DNA from: Vibrio vulnificus CMCP6
Lineage (GTDB): Bacteria; Pseudomonadota; Gammaproteobacteria; Enterobacterales; Vibrionaceae
DNA length: 32,000 nt
Assembly: GCF_000039765.1 (NCBI RefSeq)
Contig: NC_004459.3
Span: 1,920,001 to 1,952,000, forward strand
Direction: 5' to 3'
Within the stretch, counting starts at the first letter, position 1, and each line of letters opens with the position of its first letter. A model generated the notes under the pieces. The model saw only the letters and a list, made by a program, of their open reading frames with translations, ran no database searches and was not told the DNA's origin. Shown one piece after another: positions 1-10,470 of the stretch. A program made the position numbers and the translations under genes.

Positions 1-281
1 GTGATCTCGATCAGCTAATTTCTCAGGAATTAGAAAAAAACGAAATAAATGCTGAAGAATTGGTGCGTTTGGTCGATAACAGGGAACAGTTATTGCAAAA
101 CCTTCTGCAACTGCTGGTGGATAACCCACAGTTAAAGCATGAGGAAGAGTGGCAATTGATGCTCACTCGGACAAAAGCATTATTTGAACGAATGCAATCT
201 CAGACCAGTTTAGTTGGCCTTCAACTACAAAAATTGAGGCATGGTCAGCGTTCGCTCCAACAATATAAGAAGTTTACGTAA
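1..281 (+). CDS. flaI: 3' end of FlaI-like flagellar protein (FliT-like position between fliD and fliS); start lies before the window
   Basis: Frame of ORF 60..281 is open back to the window edge (...DLDQLISQELEKNEINAEELVRLVDNREQLLQNLLQ...); position directly before fliS matches Vibrio polar flagellar order. Product assigned mostly by position. Confidence 0.7.
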   Translation, partial: DLDQLISQELEKNEINAEELVRLVDNREQLLQNLLQLLVDNPQLKHEEEWQLMLTRTKALFERMQSQTSLVGLQLQKLRHGQRSLQQYKKFT

Positions 282-293
282 AAGAGGAATACT

Positions 294-704
294 ATGCGCG
301 GTTCATTACAGGCTTATAAAAAAGTGTCAGTGGATAGCCAACTCAGTGCTGCGTCGCCGCATAAAGTCATTCAAATGCTGATGGCAGGGGCGATCGAGCG
401 TCTGATTCAAGGCAAAGCAGCGATGCAAGCGGGTAACATTCCAGTGAAAGGTGAGCGTCTTGGCAAAGCGTTGGACATCATCATTGCACTGCGTAGCTGT
501 CTCTCAATGGATGACGGTGGTGATATTGCACGTAACCTCGATCAGCTTTACGAATTCATGATCACGCAGATCTCAGGGGCAAATCACAAAAATGACCCAC
601 AAATGATCGACGATGTGATCGACATCATCCGTGAGATCAAATCGGCTTGGGACCAAATTCCAAACGAGTACCACAATCTCACGGCTGCGGATATTGGAAT
701 GTAA
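294..704 (+). CDS. fliS: Flagellar export chaperone FliS (FlaJ)
   Basis: 136 aa, MRGSLQAYKKVSVDSQLSAASPHKVIQMLMAGAIERL.. typical FliS; AGAGG-like SD upstream. Confidence 0.95.
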   Translation: MRGSLQAYKKVSVDSQLSAASPHKVIQMLMAGAIERLIQGKAAMQAGNIPVKGERLGKALDIIIALRSCLSMDDGGDIARNLDQLYEFMITQISGANHKNDPQMIDDVIDIIREIKSAWDQIPNEYHNLTAADIGM

Positions 705-782
705 TTCGATATCCATTCTTTCTACCGAGCTCACACCTCCTAATTGCTTGGTTGCCTTATTTTTTTATTCAAATAAAATAGA

Positions 783-811
783 AGCCATTAGTAGCCCTGA
801 TGGCTTTTTTT
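783..811 (+). terminator. Rho-independent terminator after fliS
   Basis: AGCCAT (783-788) / ATGGCT (800-805) stem followed by a run of T. Confidence 0.7.
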
Positions 812-935
812 GTTGCTGATTTTCCTGTTTTGTCTATCGTTAATTGAGTGATCTTTAAACAAATTGATCATTTTGATTTCGCATATCAAGGTTTGGCCGC
901 AACACATCATAAAACAAAGGCAATAATCGGTACTT

Positions 936-2399
936 ATGCAAGGTTTGGCAAAGCTGCTTGTAATAGAAGACGATGAAGCGAATCGTCTTAACTTACGCAA
1001 TATACTGGAATTCGTTGGAGAGAGTTGCGAAGCCCTACGTTCTGATCAGATAGAAAATGCAGATTGGTCAAAGATCTGGTCAGGGGTTATCGTTGGTTTC
1101 GTCGACAATAAGTCCATCACAACTGTGATGGCAAAACTGAACTCCGCCCACCATATCCCTTTACTCGTGTTGGGGGATTTTTCTCATCCTGTAGAACACC
1201 TGCCTAACCTGATTGGTGAGTTGGAATTCCCACTTAACTATCCTCAGCTCAGCGAAGCACTAAGACACTGTAAAGAGTTTTTGGGTCGTAAAGGCGTCAA
1301 TGTTGTTGCCTCGGCACGTAAGAATACCCTCTTCCGCAGTCTTGTCGGTCAAAGCTTAGGTATTCAAGAAGTTCGTCATCTAATCGAACAAGTGGCAGCG
1401 ACCGAAGCGAATGTTTTGATCTTGGGTGAATCGGGGACGGGTAAAGAAGTGGTCGCGCGTAATATCCACTATCATTCCTCACGTCGCAATGGTCCTTTTG
1501 TGCCAATCAATTGCGGCGCGATTCCACCAGATTTACTTGAAAGTGAACTGTTTGGTCACGAAAAAGGGGCTTTTACTGGTGCGTTAACCACGCGCAAAGG
1601 GCGTTTTGAATTAGCTGAAGGTGGCACACTTTTCTTGGATGAAATTGGCGATATGCCAATGGCAATGCAGGTTAAGTTGCTTCGTGTGCTGCAAGAGCGT
1701 TGTTTTGAACGCGTAGGTGGCAACACCACCATTAAAGCCAATGTGCGCATTATTGCGGCAACACATCGCAATTTAGAAACCATGATCGACGATGAAAAGT
1801 TCCGCGAAGATCTTTTCTACCGTCTCAACGTGTTCCCCATTGAGATGCCTGCGCTTAAAGAGCGCAAAGAAGACATTCCTTTGTTACTGCAAGAGCTCAT
1901 GACACGTCTGCAAGCCGAAGGGGGATTACCAATTTGTTTTACCCCTCGTGCGATCAACTCCTTAATGGAGCATGATTGGCCAGGTAATGTGCGTGAATTG
2001 GCGAACTTGGTTGAGCGTATGGTGATCCTCTATCCAAATAGTTTGGTAGACGTGAATCACTTGCCAACCAAATATCGTTACAGTGACATTCCTGAATTCC
2101 AACCAGAGACGTCATCGTTCAATTCGATTGAAGATCAAGAGCGCGACGTGTTGGAAGATATTTTCTCAGAAAGCTTCGATCTAGCGGCGAGAAATAACTT
2201 TGATGACCACTTCGATGCTCCTCAATCTTTGCCGCCTGAAGGGGTCAACTTGAAAGAACTTCTTGCGGATTTGGAAGTGAACATGATCAACCAAGCGTTA
2301 GAAGCACAAGGCGGTGTCGTGGCTCGTGCTGCTGATATGTTGGGAATGCGTCGCACCACATTGGTTGAGAAAATGCGTAAATACAATATGCAACGTTAG
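936..2399 (+). CDS. flrA: Sigma54-dependent master flagellar regulator FlrA (FlaK/FleQ family)
   Basis: 487 aa; degenerate receiver-like N-terminus, AAA+ domain with GESGTGKE and GAFTGA, C-terminal Fis-type HTH; followed by flrB/flrC. Confidence 0.95.
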   Translation: MQGLAKLLVIEDDEANRLNLRNILEFVGESCEALRSDQIENADWSKIWSGVIVGFVDNKSITTVMAKLNSAHHIPLLVLGDFSHPVEHLPNLIGELEFPLNYPQLSEALRHCKEFLGRKGVNVVASARKNTLFRSLVGQSLGIQEVRHLIEQVAATEANVLILGESGTGKEVVARNIHYHSSRRNGPFVPINCGAIPPDLLESELFGHEKGAFTGALTTRKGRFELAEGGTLFLDEIGDMPMAMQVKLLRVLQERCFERVGGNTTIKANVRIIAATHRNLETMIDDEKFREDLFYRLNVFPIEMPALKERKEDIPLLLQELMTRLQAEGGLPICFTPRAINSLMEHDWPGNVRELANLVERMVILYPNSLVDVNHLPTKYRYSDIPEFQPETSSFNSIEDQERDVLEDIFSESFDLAARNNFDDHFDAPQSLPPEGVNLKELLADLEVNMINQALEAQGGVVARAADMLGMRRTTLVEKMRKYNMQR

Positions 2400-2463
2400 A
2401 AAACCATTTCAGCGTCAACTTATTGTCAATCACCTAACGCATTGATAATAAACGAAAATAGCC

Positions 2464-2479
2464 TGGCATGCATTTTGCG
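2464..2479 (+). promoter_or_regulatory. Candidate sigma54 (-24/-12) promoter of flrBC
   Basis: TGGCATGCATTTTGCG: GG (2465-2466) and GC (2477-2478) separated by exactly 10 nt, about 43 bp before the flrB start. Confidence 0.85.
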
Positions 2480-2521
2480 TGTTAGGCTATTCTAGTATTT
2501 GAGGCGAGATTTCGACAGCGC

Positions 2522-3556
2522 ATGGATAATTTAACCAATCAATCCCACTTAGACTCGGTAGAAAGTCAGGTAGAACGTTACAAGCAAGTGCTTGATGTGA
2601 TGCCAGCGGGAGTGATTTTGCTTGATACTCAAGGGGTGGTGCGAGAAGCCAATCCAGAAGCGCATCGAATTCTAGAAGTGCCCTTGGTGAACGAGCGCTG
2701 GTTTTCGGTGATCCAAGCAGCGTTCGATCCGCGCGAAGATGATGGTCATGAAGTGTCCCTGCGTAATGGTCGAAAAGTCCGCCTAGCCATTTCGGCTTCT
2801 GCGACAGGTCAACTCATTTTGATCACTGACCTAACCGAAACACGCTTGTTGCAATCTCGTGTGAGTGATTTACAGCGGTTATCTTCGTTAGGACGCATGG
2901 TCGCGTCTTTGGCGCATCAAGTTCGAACCCCGCTCTCTAGTGCGATGCTTTACGCCTCAAACCTTTCTGCTCCTAACCTGCCTAATACAACGCGAGAGCG
3001 TTTTCAATCAAAGCTGATGGATCGCTTGCAGGATTTGGAAAAACAGGTCAACGATATGTTGTTGTTTGCCAAAGGCGGCGACAACAAAGTCATTAAACCT
3101 TTCACCATCGCTCAACTGGTCAGTGAGTTTCAGCCCATGGTTGAGACCGCATTGAAAAGCAATCACATTGATTACGGCCAAGAGGTGGAAGAGGAGCAAA
3201 CAGTCATTTTAGGTAATGCCAATGCCATCGCTTCTGCATTGAGTAACTTAGTGATGAACGCCATTCAAATTGCGGGGAAAGAAGCTCAGATCGATGTGTT
3301 TTTCCGCCCAGTCAATGGTGAGTTGCGTATTTCAGTGCAAGACAGTGGCCCTGGAGTGCCGAAAGAGCTGCAAAACAAAATCATGGAACCTTTTTTTACC
3401 ACTCGTTCTCAAGGAACGGGTTTAGGTTTGGCCGTGGTACAAATGGTCTGTCGTGCTCATGAGGGCCGACTAGAATTATTATCAGAAGAAGGGGATGGTG
3501 CTTGCTTCACCATGTGTATCCCTTTGGAAAGAACTCAATCTGCAGATGCAGAATGA
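2522..3556 (+). CDS. flrB: Flagellar two-component sensor histidine kinase FlrB (FlaL)
   Basis: 344 aa; PAS-like domain, H-box MVASLAHQVRTPLSSAMLYASNL, N box NALSNLVMNAIQIAG, G boxes DSGPGVP and GTGLGLAV. Confidence 0.95.
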   Translation: MDNLTNQSHLDSVESQVERYKQVLDVMPAGVILLDTQGVVREANPEAHRILEVPLVNERWFSVIQAAFDPREDDGHEVSLRNGRKVRLAISASATGQLILITDLTETRLLQSRVSDLQRLSSLGRMVASLAHQVRTPLSSAMLYASNLSAPNLPNTTRERFQSKLMDRLQDLEKQVNDMLLFAKGGDNKVIKPFTIAQLVSEFQPMVETALKSNHIDYGQEVEEEQTVILGNANAIASALSNLVMNAIQIAGKEAQIDVFFRPVNGELRISVQDSGPGVPKELQNKIMEPFFTTRSQGTGLGLAVVQMVCRAHEGRLELLSEEGDGACFTMCIPLERTQSADAE

Positions 3557-3582
3557 GCGCGTAACAACACTGGAGAATCAAG

Positions 3583-4998
3583 ATGGCTCAAAGCAAAGTG
3601 TTAATCGTAGAAGACGATGAAGGTCTGCGCGAAGCGCTAGTCGACACATTGGCATTAGCAGGTTATGAATGGCTAGAAGCGGATTGCGCAGAAGATGCTT
3701 TGGTCAAGCTGAAAGCCAATCCGGTCGATATTGTCGTTTCTGATGTACAAATGGCGGGCATGGGTGGCTTAGCACTGCTGCGTAGCATCAAACAAAATTG
3801 GCCAAATTTACCCGTGTTGCTGATGACAGCGTACGCCAACATCGAAGACGCCGTGTCGGCGATGAAGGAAGGAGCGATTGACTACATGGCTAAGCCTTTT
3901 GCGCCAGAAGTCTTGCTCAATATGGTCAGCCGCTACGCACCTGTCAAATCTGAAGACAATGGCGATGCCGTTGTTGCGGACGAAAAAAGCTTACGCTTAT
4001 TGGCATTGGCGGACAAAGTCGCTCGTACCGATGCCAACGTTATGGTTCTTGGGCCTAGTGGCTCGGGCAAAGAAGTGCTATCACGCTACATTCACAATGC
4101 CTCGCCGCGCAAAGATGGCCCTTTCATTGCCATTAACTGTGCTGCTATTCCCGACAATATGTTGGAAGCAACCCTATTTGGCTACGAGAAAGGTGCGTTT
4201 ACCGGGGCGGTTCAAGCTTGTCCGGGGAAATTTGAACAAGCCCAAGGTGGCACCATTTTGCTCGATGAAATCAGCGAAATGGATTTGAACCTTCAAGCCA
4301 AACTGCTGCGTGTTTTGCAAGAGCGTGAAGTGGAACGCTTAGGTAGTCGCAAAAGCATTAAGCTTGATGTTCGTGTACTGGCCACCAGTAACCGCGATCT
4401 CAAACAGTATGTCTCAGCGGGCAACTTCCGGGAAGATTTGTACTACCGCCTGAACGTTTTCCCAATCACTTGGCCTGCGTTGTGTGACCGTCAAGGAGAC
4501 ATAACACCGCTGGCGAAGCATTTAGCAGAGCGCCATTGTACCAAGCAAGGCATCCCAGTGCCGCGTTTCTCACCAAGTGCGTTGGAGAAGCTGTTGCAAT
4601 ACCCATGGCCGGGTAATGTGCGTGAGCTGGATAACGTAGTGCAGCGTGCGCTGATCCTCAGTGAAAATGGCGACATCTCCCACGAGCATATCTTGCTTGA
4701 AGGGGTGGATTGGCAAGATGCCGACAGCTTGCAGCATGTGGTGCAGCAACAAGAGCACATTGCGCCAGAAATCAAACCGATCGCTCAGGCTGAGCCTGAA
4801 GGCATGATTCGCGGTCTGTCTGTGGGTGACAGCTTAGGCAGTGAGCTGCGCGATCAAGAGTATGCCATTATCTTGGAAACACTGATTGAATGTCAGGGGC
4901 GCCGCAAAGAAATGGCGGATAAGCTGGGGATTAGCCCCAGAACTTTACGCTATAAGCTAGCCAAAATGCGCGATGCTGGTATCGAGATCCCGGGATAG
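3583..4998 (+). CDS. flrC: Sigma54-dependent response regulator FlrC (FlaM)
   Basis: 471 aa; intact receiver (VEDDEG, DIVVSDVQM, K), AAA+ domain with GPSGSGKE and GAFTGA, Fis-type HTH C-terminus. Confidence 0.95.
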   Translation: MAQSKVLIVEDDEGLREALVDTLALAGYEWLEADCAEDALVKLKANPVDIVVSDVQMAGMGGLALLRSIKQNWPNLPVLLMTAYANIEDAVSAMKEGAIDYMAKPFAPEVLLNMVSRYAPVKSEDNGDAVVADEKSLRLLALADKVARTDANVMVLGPSGSGKEVLSRYIHNASPRKDGPFIAINCAAIPDNMLEATLFGYEKGAFTGAVQACPGKFEQAQGGTILLDEISEMDLNLQAKLLRVLQEREVERLGSRKSIKLDVRVLATSNRDLKQYVSAGNFREDLYYRLNVFPITWPALCDRQGDITPLAKHLAERHCTKQGIPVPRFSPSALEKLLQYPWPGNVRELDNVVQRALILSENGDISHEHILLEGVDWQDADSLQHVVQQQEHIAPEIKPIAQAEPEGMIRGLSVGDSLGSELRDQEYAIILETLIECQGRRKEMADKLGISPRTLRYKLAKMRDAGIEIPG

Positions 4999-5059
4999 GA
5001 TTTGAAATCTTGGTCAGATTGCCTGACTCAGGTAAACTGGCCAGCCATAACGGGCAATA

Positions 5060-5075
5060 TGGCATGCTAATTGCT
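5060..5075 (+). promoter_or_regulatory. Candidate sigma54 (-24/-12) promoter of the fliE operon
   Basis: TGGCATGCTAATTGCT: GG (5061-5062) and GC (5073-5074) 10 nt apart, 53 bp before the probable fliE ATG. Confidence 0.88.
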
Positions 5076-5127
5076 GTGTCAATATTACAGCAAAATAGTT
5101 AGTCAAACTTTTGGCTTAGAGGTAACG

Positions 5128-5439
5128 ATGAGAATTGATGGATTTAACGGTGAAATGCGCGCCATGATGCTTGAAGCAAGCAACACGACCGCACCGGCGA
5201 CGGGCGCGAAAGTCAGTGCCGATTTTAGCACTTTGCTAAATCAGGCCATCAATAACGTTAACTCACTGCAAAAGAGCTCAAGCGATTTGCAAACCCGCTT
5301 TGATCGCGGTGACGCGGATGTTTCTCTTTCCGATGTCATGATTGCGAGAAACAAATCCAGCGTCGCATTTGAAGCCACGGTACAGGTTAGAAATAAACTG
5401 GTCGAGGCATACAAAGACCTTATGAACATGCCAGTCTAA
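5128..5439 (+). CDS. fliE: Flagellar hook-basal body complex protein FliE
   Basis: MRIDGFNGEMRAMMLEASN...; 103 aa from ATG 5128. The track start at 5071 lies inside the sigma54 site, so 5128 is preferred. Confidence 0.93.
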   Translation: MRIDGFNGEMRAMMLEASNTTAPATGAKVSADFSTLLNQAINNVNSLQKSSSDLQTRFDRGDADVSLSDVMIARNKSSVAFEATVQVRNKLVEAYKDLMNMPV

Positions 5440-5454
5440 TGTGGGTAGTAAACT

Positions 5455-7200
5455 GTGGCTGAAGAAAATAAATCAACCGATCTAGCACTGACTGATGATG
5501 GTTCCAGTAAAGCGTTAACCATGCATTCTGATATGGATATGGACAGTCAGAATCCAGATTTAGACGAGCGTAGCTCTTCTAAGTTTGATATGGCCGTGGG
5601 TGATTTAGATTTATTACGTCAGGTCGTGTTAGTCCTCTCGATTTCCATCTGTGTCGCTTTGATTGTGATGTTGTTTTTCTGGGTTAAAGAGCCAGAAATG
5701 CGACCATTGGGTGTGTTTGAAACCGAAGAACTGATTCCCGTACTGGATCATTTAGACCAGCAAAAAATCAACTACAAGTTAGATGGCAACACCATTCTGG
5801 TCGAGACCAGCGAGTTCAATTCCATCAAATTGGACATGGTACGCTCTGGCCTGAATCAAAGTACCCAAGCAGGAGATGATATCTTGCTGCAAGATATGGG
5901 ATTTGGGGTTTCACAGCGTCTTGAACAAGAGCGTCTGAAACTGAGTCGAGAGCGCCAACTGGGTAAGGCGATCGAAGAGATGAAGCAAGTGCGCAAAGCC
6001 AAAGTGCTTCTCGCGTTGCCAAAACAGAGTGTGTTTGTGCGCCACAACCAAGAAGCGTCCGCCTCTGTGTTCTTGACCTTAAATACCGGCTCCAACCTCA
6101 AGCAGCAAGAAGTCGATTCGATTGTCGACATGGTAGCCAGTGCCGTGCCAGGGATGAAAACCTCGCGTGTGACCGTCACGGATCAACATGGCCGTTTGCT
6201 CAATTCTGGCTCTCAAGATCCCGTTTCAGCCGCTCGCCGTAAAGAGCAAGAGTTGGAGCGTAATCAAGAACAAGCGCTGCGTGAAAAAATCGACTCCGTT
6301 TTGATCCCTATCTTAGGCTTCGGTAACTATACCGCCCAAGTGGATATCGAAATGGACTTCAGTGCGGTCGAGCAAACGCGTAAGCAGTTTGATCCGAATA
6401 CGCCTGCGACACGAAGCGAATACGCACTTGAAGATTACAACAATGGCAACATGGTGGCCGGAGTGCCCGGTGCCCTGAGTAATCAGCCACCTGCCGATGC
6501 GTCGATTCCTCAAGATGTTGCACAAATGAAAGATGGCTCGGTGCTCGGTCAAGGATCGGTACGTAAAGAATCGACACGTAACTTTGAATTGGACACCACC
6601 ATCAGTCATGAGCGTAAGCAAATGGGTGTGATTAACCGTCAAACCGTCGCGGTCGCCATTAAAGATCGCGCCACCATCAATCCTGATACAGGTGATGTGA
6701 CGTATACACCTCGCAGCGAGGCGGAAATTAACGCGATTCGCCAAGTGCTTGTCGGTACCGTCGGCTTTAGTGAAAATCGCGGTGACTTGCTCAACGTATT
6801 AAGTATGCCATTTGCCGAGCCAGAGCAGGAGCAATTGGCGGATGTGCCTATTTGGGAACATCCTAACTTCAACGATTGGATTCGTTGGTTTGCCAGTGCC
6901 TTAGTCATTATTGTGGTGATCTTAGTTTTGATCCGCCCTGCTATGAAGAAACTGCTCAACCCAGCGGGTGATGACGATGACGAAATGTATGGACCAGATG
7001 GCTTACCGATTGGTGCCGATGGTGAAACCAGCCTAATCGGTAGCGATATTGATGCAGGTGAGCTGTTTGAGTTTGGCTCTAGTATCGATCTCCCTAACCT
7101 ACACAAGGACGAAGATGTGCTGAAAGCGGTTCGTGCCCTCGTGGCAAATGAACCTGAACTGGCAGCACAAGTGGTCAAGAATTGGATGATAAATGGCTAA
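5455..7200 (+). CDS. fliF: Flagellar MS-ring protein FliF
   Basis: 581 aa, GTG start; two TM segments, RQLGKAIEEMKQVRKAKVLLALPKQSVF conserved FliF region; followed by fliG. Confidence 0.97.
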   Translation: MAEENKSTDLALTDDGSSKALTMHSDMDMDSQNPDLDERSSSKFDMAVGDLDLLRQVVLVLSISICVALIVMLFFWVKEPEMRPLGVFETEELIPVLDHLDQQKINYKLDGNTILVETSEFNSIKLDMVRSGLNQSTQAGDDILLQDMGFGVSQRLEQERLKLSRERQLGKAIEEMKQVRKAKVLLALPKQSVFVRHNQEASASVFLTLNTGSNLKQQEVDSIVDMVASAVPGMKTSRVTVTDQHGRLLNSGSQDPVSAARRKEQELERNQEQALREKIDSVLIPILGFGNYTAQVDIEMDFSAVEQTRKQFDPNTPATRSEYALEDYNNGNMVAGVPGALSNQPPADASIPQDVAQMKDGSVLGQGSVRKESTRNFELDTTISHERKQMGVINRQTVAVAIKDRATINPDTGDVTYTPRSEAEINAIRQVLVGTVGFSENRGDLLNVLSMPFAEPEQEQLADVPIWEHPNFNDWIRWFASALVIIVVILVLIRPAMKKLLNPAGDDDDEMYGPDGLPIGADGETSLIGSDIDAGELFEFGSSIDLPNLHKDEDVLKAVRALVANEPELAAQVVKNWMING

Positions 7201-8248
7201 CGAAATTGTAAACGGGAACGAAGACGGCTCGATGGATACACCAGAAGTTGATATCAGTTCGATATCAGGTGAAGAAAAAGCAGCAATTTTGCTGCTGAGT
7301 TTAAACGAACAAGACGCCGCCGGCATTATCCGCCACTTAGAGCCAAAACAGGTTCAGCGTGTGGGTAGTGCGATGGCGCGCGCCAAAGACCTCAGCCAAG
7401 ACAAAGTTTCGGCAGTGCACCGTGCTTTCTTGGAAGACATTCAGAAGTACACCAACATCGGTATGGGCAGTGAAGACTTCATGCGTAATACCTTGATCGC
7501 GGCACTGGGTGCTGATAAAGCCAATAACTTGGTGGATCAGATTCTGTTGGGTACGGGTTCGAAAGGTCTCGATTCGTTGAAATGGATGGACCCACGACAA
7601 GTGGCGAGCATCATTGTTAACGAACACCCACAAATTCAGACGATCGTACTGTCCTACTTGGAAGCCGATCAGTCAGCCGAGATCATCGCGCAATTCCCAG
7701 AGCGTGTACGTCTTGACTTGATGATGCGTATTGCCAACCTTGAGGAAGTTCAACCTTCAGCACTGGCTGAGTTGAACGAAATCATGGAGAAACAGTTTGC
7801 CGGCCAAGCGGGCGCGCAAGCAGCGAAAATTGGCGGCCTGAAGGCCGCTGCAGAGATCATGAACTACCTCGACAACAACGTCGAAGGTTTGTTGATGGAG
7901 CAGATTCGCGACCAAGACGAAGATCTGGCGACGCAAATCCAAGATCTCATGTTCGTATTCGAGAACCTTATCGAAGTGGACGATCAAGGTATCCAGAAAT
8001 TGCTGCGTGACGTCCCACAAGACGTACTACAGAAAGCCCTTAAAGGTGCCGATGATGGTCTTCGTGAGAAGATCTTCAAGAACATGTCGAAACGTGCGGC
8101 TGAGATGATGAAAGACGACATCGAAGCAATGCCACCAGTGCGTGTTGCCGATGTGGAAGCGGCGCAGAAAGAAATTCTCGCCATTGCTCGTCGTTTGGCC
8201 GACAGCGGAGAAATCATGCTGTCCGGTGGCGCAGACGAATTCTTGTAA
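7193..8248 (+). CDS. fliG: Flagellar motor switch protein FliG
   Basis: 351 aa; GEEKAAILLLSLNEQDAAGIIRHL, C-terminal FENLIEVDDQGIQKLLRDV; overlaps fliF by 8 nt. Confidence 0.97.
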   Translation: MANEIVNGNEDGSMDTPEVDISSISGEEKAAILLLSLNEQDAAGIIRHLEPKQVQRVGSAMARAKDLSQDKVSAVHRAFLEDIQKYTNIGMGSEDFMRNTLIAALGADKANNLVDQILLGTGSKGLDSLKWMDPRQVASIIVNEHPQIQTIVLSYLEADQSAEIIAQFPERVRLDLMMRIANLEEVQPSALAELNEIMEKQFAGQAGAQAAKIGGLKAAAEIMNYLDNNVEGLLMEQIRDQDEDLATQIQDLMFVFENLIEVDDQGIQKLLRDVPQDVLQKALKGADDGLREKIFKNMSKRAAEMMKDDIEAMPPVRVADVEAAQKEILAIARRLADSGEIMLSGGADEFL

Positions 8249-8256
8249 TTACAGAC

Positions 8257-8280
8257 AAGCCCCGAGTTGGGGCTTTGTTT
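8257..8280 (+). terminator. Terminator/attenuator-like hairpin between fliG and fliH
   Basis: AGCCCC (8258-8263), loop GAGTT, GGGGCT (8269-8274), then TTGTTT. Confidence 0.6.
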
Positions 8281-8344
8281 CCTTAAGAACAATGAAAACT
8301 CAATCACTGAGTTTTACATGTGACCATTCAGAGGTAACCGATCC

Positions 8345-9145
8345 ATGGCTAACGAGAGAAAACGTGGTTTTATCCGCCCTGGTGAAGATGATGCCGTTCC
8401 ACAACCTCAGCGTTGGGGATTGCCTGATTACGGCTCTGAGGTAAACAAGCAAGCCAAAGAAACGGCGTTTAACTACGATCCTGGCTGGATGCCTGACTTC
8501 GAACAGCCGGAAGAAGAAGCTGTCCTTGAGTTAACCGAAGAGCAAATCGAACTGATTAAGCAAGGCGCTTATCAGGAAGGTTTGTTCCAAGGTCAAGAAG
8601 CGGGCTTTAAACAAGGTTTTGATAAAGGCAAAGAAGAAGGTTTTCAAGCCGGTCATGAAGAAGGCCTTGAACAGGGTAAAAATGAAGGCATTGAAGCGGG
8701 TCAAGAACACATTAAGCAGCAGGTCGATACCTTTATTAATCTCGCTAACCAGTTTGCCCAGCCATTAGAGCTGATGAACAACCAAGTGGAAAAACAACTG
8801 GTGGATATGGTGTTGTGCTTGGTTAAAGAAGTGGTGCATGTCGAGGTGCAAACCAACCCGCAAGTGATCTTAGACACCGTGAAAGCCTCGGTTGAAAGTC
8901 TACCTATTGCCGGGCATCCCATTACGCTGCGCCTCAATCCCGAAGACGTCGACATTATCCGCTCTGCGTATGGCGAGGATGATCTCAACTTCCGCAACTG
9001 GACCTTACTCAGTGAACCAGCCCTGAACCGTGGCGATGTACAAATCGAAGCGGGCGAATCCAGCGTTAGCTACCGGATGGAAGAGCGCATCAAGCAAGTG
9101 ATACAGAATTTCTGTGGTAAGAATCGTCACCACGGAGGTGAATGA
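8345..9145 (+). CDS. fliH: Flagellar assembly protein FliH
   Basis: 266 aa; Gly/Lys/Glu-rich helical repeat region ([33 protein letters not shown]) and position before fliI. Confidence 0.95.
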   Translation: MANERKRGFIRPGEDDAVPQPQRWGLPDYGSEVNKQAKETAFNYDPGWMPDFEQPEEEAVLELTEEQIELIKQGAYQEGLFQGQEAGFKQGFDKGKEEGFQAGHEEGLEQGKNEGIEAGQEHIKQQVDTFINLANQFAQPLELMNNQVEKQLVDMVLCLVKEVVHVEVQTNPQVILDTVKASVESLPIAGHPITLRLNPEDVDIIRSAYGEDDLNFRNWTLLSEPALNRGDVQIEAGESSVSYRMEERIKQVIQNFCGKNRHHGGE

Positions 9146-10467
9146 TGATTGCGCTAGCAGAGAGACTCAAAAGCTACAGAGTACAAGGCTTGGGCAGCCG
9201 TCCGGTCGCCTCAGGTAAACTGGTGCGTGTTGTCGGTCTAACGCTGGAAGCGACAGGGTGTCGAGCTCCCATCGGTAGTTTGTGTTTGGTGGAAACCATG
9301 ACAGGCCAGATGGAAGCCGAAGTTGTCGGCTTTTCGGGTGACAATCTATTTCTGATGCCGAGCGAGCAAATCGGTGGCATTTTGCCCGGCGCTAAAGTGA
9401 CGCCGTTAACCAGCGAAAGTGGTTTGCCTGTGGGCATGGAACTGCTAGGTCGTGTGATTGACGGTGTGGGCAACCCCTTGGATGGTTTAGGCCCAATTTA
9501 CACCGAACATCGCGCTTCTTTTAATGCAGAACCCATTAACCCCCTTGCGCGCAAACCCATTACCGAACCGCTCGATGTCGGCTTGAAAGCCATTAACGGC
9601 TTACTTACGGTGGGAAAAGGCCAACGTATCGGCCTGTTTGCGGGCTCTGGTGTGGGTAAATCGGTCACGCTAGGTATGATGACCCGTGGTACCACCGCCC
9701 AAGTGGTTGTGGTGGGATTAATCGGTGAACGTGGACGAGAAGTTAAAGAGTTCATCGAAGAAATTCTCGGTGAAGATGGACGCAAGCGTTCCGTCGTTGT
9801 CGCCGCGCCCGCGGATGCATCGCCGCTTATGCGCTTGAAAGGTTGTCAGACGGCCCTCACCATTGCGGAATATTTCCGTGATCAAGGGTTGGATGTGTTG
9901 CTCCTGATGGATTCATTGACACGCTTTGCTCAAGCGCAGCGTGAAATTGCACTGTCGGTCGGTGAACCGCCTGCCACCAAAGGTTATCCACCTTCGGTGT
10001 TTGCCAAATTGCCTGCGCTGGTGGAGCGCGCGGGTAATGGTGGTCCGCAACAAGGCTCGATCACCGCATTCTTTACCGTTTTAACGGAAGGCGATGACCT
10101 TCAAGACCCGATCGCAGACGCATCGCGCGCCATCTTGGATGGCCATATCGTCCTTTCACGTGAAATGGCCGATGCGGGTCATTATCCGGCGATTGACGTT
10201 GAGAAGTCCGTGAGCCGAGTCATGCCACAAATCACTACCGAAGAGCATGTGTTGATGTCGAAAGCGGTGCGCCAAGTGTTGTCTATTTGTCGTAAAAACC
10301 AAGATTTGGTGTCGATTGGCGCTTATAAACCGGGTACCGATCCGGCTATAGACAGTGCTTTCACATTGAAGCCGAAGTTGGACGAATACTTGCAACAACG
10401 GATGAAAGAAACCGTGCCTTACGCCATGTGTGTCAACATGTTGAAGAACGTGCTTGGAGTGCAGTAA
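9142..10467 (+). CDS. fliI: Flagellum-specific ATPase FliI
   Basis: 441 aa; Walker [28 protein letters not shown]; GGAGG SD; ATGA overlap with fliH. Confidence 0.97.
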   Translation: MMIALAERLKSYRVQGLGSRPVASGKLVRVVGLTLEATGCRAPIGSLCLVETMTGQMEAEVVGFSGDNLFLMPSEQIGGILPGAKVTPLTSESGLPVGMELLGRVIDGVGNPLDGLGPIYTEHRASFNAEPINPLARKPITEPLDVGLKAINGLLTVGKGQRIGLFAGSGVGKSVTLGMMTRGTTAQVVVVGLIGERGREVKEFIEEILGEDGRKRSVVVAAPADASPLMRLKGCQTALTIAEYFRDQGLDVLLLMDSLTRFAQAQREIALSVGEPPATKGYPPSVFAKLPALVERAGNGGPQQGSITAFFTVLTEGDDLQDPIADASRAILDGHIVLSREMADAGHYPAIDVEKSVSRVMPQITTEEHVLMSKAVRQVLSICRKNQDLVSIGAYKPGTDPAIDSAFTLKPKLDEYLQQRMKETVPYAMCVNMLKNVLGVQ

Positions 10468-10470
10468 TCG

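Noticed and set aside
892-907. TTTGGCCGCAACACAT upstream of flrA considered as a sigma54 site
   Set aside because: No GC at the required 10 nt spacing; flrA is expected to be sigma70-dependent and I could not identify a convincing -35/-10 pair.
3878-4288. + strand 136 aa ORF inside flrC
   Set aside because: Alternative frame of the conserved AAA+ domain; no independent support.
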